A program made the position numbers and the translations under genes. From Hydrolagus affinis (taxonomy: Eukaryota), in contig JAAILG010001882.1 of NCBI GenBank assembly GCA_012026655.1, positions 1-60,522 of the forward strand: a stretch of 60,522 nucleotides of DNA. Reading direction: 5' to 3'. How positions within the stretch are numbered: the first letter of the stretch is position 1; each line of letters starts with the position of its first letter. The notes under the pieces were generated by a model. It worked only from the letters and a program-made list of their open reading frames with translations, had not been told where the DNA came from and ran no database searches. Of this stretch, positions 52,995-60,522 are shown one piece after another.

Positions 52995-53129
52995 TCAGAG
53001 TCATATATAGCAGCGATCCATGATGAAGCGGAAAAGCTAGGCATTTGTGGGAGGTTAACTGGCAGATTTGGTACTTTGGGGAGATTCACATTTGGTAGAT
53101 TCACATTGGGCAGATTACTTGTTAAACTC
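52995..53129 (-). CDS. CADPS: CADPS cassette exon (135 nt, phase 2-2): [44 protein letters not shown]
   Basis: Translation matches the alternatively spliced Pro/Asn-rich segment of vertebrate CAPS1. Acceptor ttcttccacag, donor GA|gtgtgt; length divisible by 3. Confidence 0.95.
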
Positions 53130-55409
53130 CTGTGGAAGAAACAGACAGAAAGAAAATACCATAACAGTGACAATGTAGATGCAGATGTGGAAGCACATGA
53201 CAGTTCTAAATAAATCTGCAAAACCGCCAAAAAATTCACAGCAATAAAAAAATGAAACAAAAAAACTAAACAGGAAAAACAGTTACGTTTCACGCAAACA
53301 CGAGACGTGAACTTGCTGTGGATTTTCTGATTGTTCCAACAGACAGAAATAAGCAAAGTTAGAGGAAATAAGAACAGAATCTCACACTTCCAGGCGCTCG
53401 CTCAGAAGCAAATCAATAGATTACTGACAGAAAAAAGAGACACAGCTTGAGGCATGAAAGATGCTATTTTATATCATTTGTAACATTGAAATATTCCCTC
53501 ATCAGATTCTAACCCAAAGGAGTTGCAAAGCTGTGTTGAAAGGTGAAATCAACTAATATAGATTACCTTATGTGGTAAAGAAGTTGTACAGAGGTGTAAA
53601 GAAAGACTCTAGCTAACCCTAGGATTCCAGTCAAATGTGTATCTTTACAGGGGATTATTTCATTATTGCACTTTCAGACAAATGGCAATGTATTTTGCCA
53701 CAGAGTTGCATGCAATCTGACAACTGCAATTAGGTTGCACAGTTTGGAACTGATATAATAATGTCTTAAAAACACTTAAAACTGCAAACATGTTTGCACA
53801 AAGTAATAAAATGATTGCAAAGCTAAATATTTGTAACTTTAGAAGTGTATGAAAATAAAATGATTACAACCTTAGCAATGTTACCAATTGTTCTTACCTG
53901 TAACCTAACTAGACAGGTTTCTGACATGCTATCCTGTATGAAGGGTGCAATATAAATGCAAATTGTTGTTGTAACTTTAAAAACTAAACAATAAAATCAT
54001 TGTTATCATCAAGCAAGAATCAATCTGCCAGATACACGAAAAAGGAAATGTGTGCCGAGTAGTAACTAACTAGCACGAATGAACAATAGTAATCTTTTCA
54101 GTAACTATTTCAATTGTAATATTCATAAACACTGTAAATGCAACCAAGGAGTGAAAGCTTTTTATTCCAATAACTTAAGTTATTATGCGTTTATTATCTG
54201 GCATAGGTGTTGCTACACTTTAAAAGAAAACTTGCATTTCACTGGATTCACTGTTAAGTGTAGGAAATAATGAATTACATTTTAATAAGGGAATATATGT
54301 TCAGCTGTTTTTTTTATTACAAAAAGAAGCAACTAACTCAATCAACTAAATTTTTTTTTACATTTTCTGGTGCATTGTCCCTGAATGATCAGTATGTGTA
54401 ATTATTACTAAGAGAAATGCTAAGGAGAGGACATTCCACACAGCTGATTCCCCTCTGATTCCAGCCACCACTAACTGTGAGTTTGCTGGAATCCATAGTG
54501 AAGCTACATCTGCCATTCAAATAGACACCACGCAGACTAGAAACATTCTCCATGTCTCTGACGGGAGAGTATTAGAGACAAATGAGACAAACAGTTATCA
54601 TCTGAGACAATCTACTGGTTGATCTTGAGCAGCTCTACCTAATGAGTCAAGGAATGACAGACAATAACTCAAAAATAAAGAAAATAAATTCAGTAAGTGC
54701 TGCATCTAAATCACAGGCAATGATGTTGTTCTGTTTTCCATCCACAACTCAATTAAAAAGTATATTTTAATGCAAAGACTGATCATAATATAAATATACC
54801 ACTACTTATTGCTAATATCAGAACAATTCAATGTTTGTTATAACAAGCTTATAGAACATTACATCACGTAAGGGCCTCAGTTCCTTTATTTCATATTAAT
54901 TTGTAGCTCTACCACTTTGACTAAACAATTATACTGGACTTTTAAACTCTTAACATAATACAGAGATTGCAAAGAAGCTTGAGTGCTTCAAATTCAAAGT
55001 GTTGCAAGCATTGCTTAACATTTATTACTTAATGATGCAATCAGAATTATACTCATACTTGCAATTTGCATGTATGTTTTAAATGTGAGGATGCCATAAA
55101 TGCAATTAGTCATACTTGTGCCATCTGTTGGTAGCATGAAACCATTGCTAGCATTCAGTTCACATAATGGATGCAGTTAACTGAAAAATTTATTTATACA
55201 CAATTAATGTGAAACCCAAATACCGCTTTATCTTGAATTTATAATGTAGAAGGCGAATACACCGTTGAAACAAGGTGTATTTGTCATATGTAATGTCAAG
55301 AGAATAATTATTACATGACAATCAAGAACTCTGGAGATTACTGAATTCTTAGAGGAAGTAAGATTGTGCAGTAAGGTGACTGTCAGCTAAATATCACAAA
55401 CGCAATAGG

Positions 55410-56854
55410 TATTGCATATGGCTTTAAGGACCTGAGTGGCAAATGAATATGGATAATGCAAGGATGAAATGATTCTGGGAAAGTGAATGAGTAGATTTGA
55501 AAGAGGTTGTTTTTCAAAATTGGAATTAATGGACTGAGTGATCCTACATTGTGGTTTGGATTAAATAACATTACATGGTGTCAGAAGCTAAAACGGAGCC
55601 TGGAGTGAAACTGACTATGAAAGGGAATATGGATTCAAAAACAAAATGCAGAGAGAAACAGAATTAAATGCCGTACCACAATATGTGCAGATACCAAGAC
55701 CACTGAAGTTCATTGGAAGTTTAAGGCACAGTTGGCAATGGTTTGAAAGAGACTTTAACATTTTTGGACTAGCAGCAAACATAATGAAACTGCCACAGGA
55801 ACAGCAGTCTGCGATATTTTTGAATGTAGCAGGCAAGGAAACAAGGGTAATTTGCAACTCCGGAAAGAGGGGTTGACATGCCATTGAATGAGACAATGAA
55901 TATTATGAGAGAAAGATGTTGTGGAAAAAATAGTATGATAATTGTCCAATTTAAGTTTACAACAAGATAGCAGGGACCTACAGAATCACTCAATCAGTAC
56001 TGTGTTGTACTGAGATCCTTAAGTAAAAATTGCAACTACGAAACATTAAGAGACAAAATGATTCATGACCAGATCGTAGTTGGCATAAAATATAGTAGAT
56101 TAAGAGGAAACTGAACCAAGGAAGACAGACAAAATGGAAGTACAATATAACCGGTGTTCGAAAAGAGAGGATTAATGAAAGAGAGTATGCAATATGATTA
56201 GAAGAGAGTACCATTAAGGATAGTACCAGAAGCAATGAAAAAAAGTCGTAAAAACAAAACTAAAAGAAATTGGAAGAAACAAGGGCAGGAACCAAATAAG
56301 GAAAAAATGGAAGCAGGGAAAGGTAAACTAACAGTGTATAACAAAGGAAAAATGTAAACAGTTAATCACTTCTATCTCTATTCTGTTCAAAATTTGATAT
56401 AATAAAAATGGAATGTTAAAAGGAATTGAGAATGTGAAATTAGAGGAAAGATAAGAATCCCAGATCCTACTGGGTAAAAGATGAAAAGGGAAAGATGCAT
56501 AGATGAACATAATGGGAGATCAAACACAGAACAATAAAGAAAATATAGGAGAAAAAGGAAAAGCAGAAGGAAGAACAAAGAGTGGCAGAAACAATGAGAA
56601 CAACCAGATGTGGAAGAGAAATAAAAAGACCACAAAGAGTGATAGAACAAGATTGAAATAAAAAGAGAAAAAACTAAAAGAAGGAAGATGTTGCGTATGC
56701 CTTTAAGAACCTAAGTGGCAATTGAATATGAATGATGCAAGGATCAAAGGATTCTGGGAAAGTGACAGGGCGGATTTGAAGGAGGTTGATTTGTAAAATT
56801 GGAATTAAAGGACTGAGTGATTCTACATTGTGTTTTGTATTAAATAACATTACA
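55410..56854 (+). mobile_element. Internally deleted Ty3/Gypsy LTR retrotransposon
   Basis: 166-bp LTRs at 55410-55575 and 56689-56854 (23 mismatches, no gaps); PBS TGGTGTCAGAAG at 55576; PPT AAAAGAAGGAAGA before the 3' LTR; near-TSD ATAGG/ATATG; gag-like remnant from 55646. Confidence 0.9.
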
Positions 56855-57179
56855 ATATGCATTGAACAGCTGGCTTTTTTTTTAAATGATTAAATTGCAG
56901 TCGTATAAGTTTGCAAAGAACTGTATATACACTACTGATGGTGTTTAGTAAAATACAAATCAAAATCTGCAGACGAGCAAAAGATACTCAAAATGACATT
57001 CTGGGTACAGTATTACCATTTCTCAAATTGCATTATTCTCTGAAAAGGAATACAGCGGTTAGTTGTCATTCAAGCACACACTGCATTTATAATGAGAAAG
57101 CACTATTCTGTCTAATTGTTGATGGTTGTGTAATGGGTTGTGGCACAGTTTCTCTCTCTCATTGAGATGATTGGGTCTG

Positions 57180-57525
57180 CTAGATGTATTTAAGATAATG
57201 AAAGGATTTGATAAGGTGGAAGTTGATAGGTTGCTTCCACTTGTTGGTGAGTATAAAATGAGAGGGCATTAATATGATAGTTAGTAGGTAGATCTAATAG
57301 AGAGTTTAGGAGGAACATCTTCATGCAGAGACGGTTGTGAGAATATAAACCTCACTGCTCAAAGCTACAGCTCAAGCAAATAGCATCAATGTATTTAAGA
57401 GAGAGCTTGATGCACACGTGAGTGAGAAAGGATAGAAGGGAATTGGAGAAGGGAATAGCTGGGGACCAGTGGGGAGCTTGAACTCCACCATATACTTGTT
57501 GGGCTGAATGGCCTGTTTACAAGCT
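57180..57525 (+). mobile_element. CR1 LINE 3' end
   Basis: aagataatgaaaggatttgataaggt, aggaggaacatcttcatgcagag, ttgttgggctgaatggcctgtt. Confidence 0.8.
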
Positions 57526-58405
57526 GGATAAATAATAATCCTTGCACATTATCACATCTTTGAGACATCTCAAGGGCTTCAGGGAATGTACTATAAAGTT
57601 AATTGATTATATATTTGATACAATCAAATGTATCAGAGCATCTCAGTGAAACACAGTATTTGTGGGCAAATCACTCTGTGTAACACAGTGAAAATCTGTG
57701 ACTACTGTAGTTTTAGATTTTTTAAGGAAATTTGTTATCATTGTTTTGCTTCTGTCTGGTGAAGAGACACAGGACAATTAACTTTCATTGTTTACTCTCT
57801 CAATGAGAAAAGTCTCCTCTTTCGTCTGCTGTCTTCGTTTGATTTCTTTTTCTCTTTTCTTGGGGATGCACTTTATAGTCAGGCACATTGTTGTCCACGT
57901 CCAACCTATCATCATTAGTTGGTAAGCTATTCGAATGTGGAGAGAGTGGGAGCGCTCTGAGACGCCGTCCGGCATGGAGGGCGCTATATAAATCAAAGTT
58001 GTTGTTGTTGTTGGGGGGGAAACAAGAATTGCTGAGGCCAAGAACCACACACCCACACATCTGCTGCAGGCGTCACTGAATAGATGATTGTTTCTCGTCC
58101 CTAGGGTGAAAGGAATATCAAGGGCAACAGTGAACGTTTTTATAAATATATTAAGAGAAAGAGAGTGGTAAAGGAGAATGTGCGCCCATTAAAGACAGAT
58201 GCAGGTGAAACTGTAGTGGACAATAAGGAAATGGCAGGCTTGTTGAATTAATACCTCGCTTACACTTTCACAATGGAGGGAAAGGACAAAGTACCAGTGG
58301 TACAAGGGCAGCTAATAATAAGCTAAAGGAGTACTAAATATATATTTAATGTAAATTTAAAAATGGTAATGGAAAAAATAATGGGATTAAAGATAGACAA
58401 AGATC

Positions 58406-58773
58406 GTAGAGTCCTGTAGCTCAGTGGTTAGAGCACTCGCTTCACAAGCGAGAGACCTGGGTTTGATTTCCAGCAGAGTGAAACTCTAGGTAAATTTCCT
58501 TATTCCACACACCACTGTTTACCTAGCAGTGAGTAGGAACCCGATTGTTATTCAATTGGCGGTTTGCTTTTCCTTGGTTAATAATTCCTTTAAAAATAAT
58601 AAATTGATCATTCAATCCATAACTGTTTGTGGGAAAATGCTGTGCGTAATTGGCTACTGTTTATCGCCCACAAAATATACAGTCAATTCACTTTACAATA
58701 TATTCTGTGAAGCACTTTGAGTTGTCTCAAAGGCATGATAAGGAGCTATATCAAATGCAAGGATTATTATTAT
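58406..58773 (+). mobile_element. Near full-length tRNA-derived SINE nested in CR1
   Basis: tRNA-like head (TAGCTCAGTGG; CTCGC-TTCACAA-GCGAG arm), body and (TAT)n tail. Confidence 0.9.
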
Positions 58774-58929
58774 TTAAGAAGGGAGGGAGAAACCAAGTAA
58801 CTATAGACGTGTCATCTTAGCGTGACAGTGAAAGGTATTTGATAAGGTTCTGCATAAGGCTATTAGCAAAAATGAATGCACATGGTATTGTAGGCAACCT
58901 TGTGACATGGTTTGGAAATTGGTTGGGAG

Positions 58930-59306
58930 TAGTGTCCAGCGATATATCGATATATCGGTTATATCGGTATAATTTTTCATATCGATATGCTGATATTGGA
59001 AATTTGAATATATCGGTATATCGAAAAATTTTATATTAAAAAAAATCGATATATCGCAAATATCGGTTTATCGTGTCCGGCGATATATCGATATATGGGT
59101 TATATCGGTATAATGCGAACTTTTTCAACTTACCTTGTCGCCGGCATTGCAAACCTCCTTGGCCTAGAGCACGGAATGCGTGCATACCTCCGAATGCGCG
59201 CGCATGCGCAATACAAAAATACCCGGCGATATCGATATATTGGTATATATCGTTATGAGCCCACCGATATATCAATATCGGAAAATTTCCATATCGGTGG
59301 ACCCTA
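58930..59306. mobile_element. hAT MITE (377 bp) with a perfect 8-bp TSD
   Basis: TIRs TAGTGTCCAGCGATAT / ATATCGGTGGACCCTA; TSD GTTGGGAG at 58922-58929 and 59307-59314. Confidence 0.93.
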
Positions 59307-60003
59307 GTTGGGAGGCAAAAAGCCTAGAGTAGGGATAAAAGCAATGTTCTCTGATTGGCAGGATGTGACAGGTAATGTTCCCCCAAGGGGCTGTACTTGG
59401 GCCTCAGCTTTTTACCATATCTATAAATGATGTGGATGAAGGAATAGAGAGTTTTATATCAGAATTTGCAGATTACACAAAGTTAGAAGGCACCATGAAT
59501 TGTTTAGAATGGGAGTTGAAAGTTACAAAGCAATTTAGACAGATTAAGTAAGTGGGCAAAATTGGGGCAGATACAATTTAATATGAAGAAGTTTGACATC
59601 ATCTACTATGGATCCAAAAATAGCAAAACAGAATTTTTTTTAAATGGTAAGAAACTAAGAAATGAGGCAAAGGAATTTAGGTGTCCACATACACAAATCA
59701 TTAAAAACAAGCTCACAGATCCGAAAGGTATCAAAAAGGCTAATGGGACATTGGCCTGTATCTCAACAGGCTGTAATATAAAGGAGAGAAATTTGCTTCA
59801 ACTGTATAGTCTTGGTCAGATCCCATCTGGAGATTGTATTCAGTTTTGGACACCGTATCTCAGGAAGGGGTGCAGCATAGATTCACCAGAATGATAACAG
59901 GATTTCAAGGGTAAAAATTATGAGGACAGGTTGCATAAACTTGGTCTCTGAACCTTGTGTTCAGAAGGTTGGGGCGGTGATCTGATTGAGGTTTTTTTTT
60001 AAA

Positions 60004-60222
60004 CATAAAAGCCCATTTATCTGGCACCCGATCAACCGTAACTTCCATATAACCGGCATTGCAAAAAAAAGGTCCACATTTGATTAACCGAAATTTTTCC
60101 GGAAAAATGCATTTAAAAAAAATGTTGTTTTTTTGGGGGGGCGTTTTTGGCCAAACATCCGGCAGGCGCTTTAACCAACATTGGCCAGGTCCCTAGAGTG
60201 CCAGATAAACGGGCTTTCACTG
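60004..60222. mobile_element. Tc1/mariner MITE nested in CR1
   Basis: Same family as 7653-7850; right end CTTTCACTG followed by TA. Confidence 0.85.
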
Positions 60223-60245
60223 TAACAGGATTCAATAGGATAGAT

Positions 60246-60522
60246 ACAACAACAACAACAACAAATTACATTTATAGAGCGCCTTTCACATCGGGAGGAC
60301 GTCCCAAGGCGCTGCACAGGAGGCGTGTGACCCGAGCTGGGAGGGGAGTGGTCGGGAAGGGGTGATACACGTAGGGGAGGTCGAAAGATTCGGGGTGGAA
60401 CAAAAGGCACGGTCGAAGAGGAAAGTCTTCAAACCGGCCTTGAAAGAGGAAAGGGAAGAAACGAGATGGAGGGATTGGGGGATGGAATTCCATAGGGTCG
60501 GGGCAGAAAAACTGAAGGCCCG
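60246..60522 (-). mobile_element. L2 LINE 3' end (runs off the window)
   Basis: (CAA)n tail plus gcgcctttcacatcgggaggacgtcccaaggcgct; AFSFSAPTLWNS motif. Confidence 0.88.

Larger units (their letters stand above)
58130..60245 (+). mobile_element. Degenerate CR1 LINE ORF2 hosting nested insertions
   Basis: FYKYIKRKRVVKENVRPLK, WFGNWLG, VPQG..LGPQLFTISIND, FADYTKL, QIQFNMKK, CIQFWTPYLRK motifs. Confidence 0.9.

Noticed and set aside
53386-53423. 38-nt AG...GT segment upstream of the Pro/Asn cassette exon
   Set aside because: Good acceptor, but it has an in-frame TGA and no other support; a poison exon cannot be distinguished from chance.
58408-58480. tRNA-like cloverleaf (also at 45460 and 6155)
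   Set aside because: The T-arm and acceptor stem are degenerate and the sequence runs directly into a SINE body and tail; it is a SINE head, not a tRNA gene.

Overview
AT-rich, repeat-rich vertebrate genomic DNA. The L2/CR1 LINE, tRNA-SINE and Penelope repeat complement suggests a cartilaginous fish, possibly a holocephalan (inference). The minus strand carries the 3' part of CADPS (CAPS1, Ca2+-dependent secretion activator). I read eight constitutive-type coding exons from [11 protein letters not shown] to ...DEENEDDN*, a Pro/Asn-rich cassette exon, a 15-nt FSKEW microexon and a ~1.2-kb 3' UTR; upstream exons lie beyond the window. The most interesting signal is at the 5' end of the 20.7-kb intron between the ...IERLFD and QWYTSS exons. 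It holds a cluster of candidate microexons (8, 20, 41, 23, 48 and 72/42 nt). Several are individually frame-breaking but restore the frame in combination (8+20+23 = 51 nt, STIVFTSLKEVKTKDVL, followed by IRMDDVSSVMYLRIFE). These are predictions from splice signals and frame arithmetic only. The rest of that intron and the downstream intergenic DNA contain repeat-poor, motif-dense blocks, probably long-range enhancers of the neighbouring FEZF2 gene (inferred from known synteny; FEZF2 itself is not visible). Mobile DNA includes an internally deleted Gypsy LTR element, two hAT MITEs (one with a templated-insertion scar), Tc1/mariner MITEs, a multiply nested CR1 and a Penelope remnant with a hammerhead-like core. 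Most ORFs in the supplied track are spurious. Exon boundaries were read by hand; repeat boundaries are approximate unless TIRs or TSDs are quoted.
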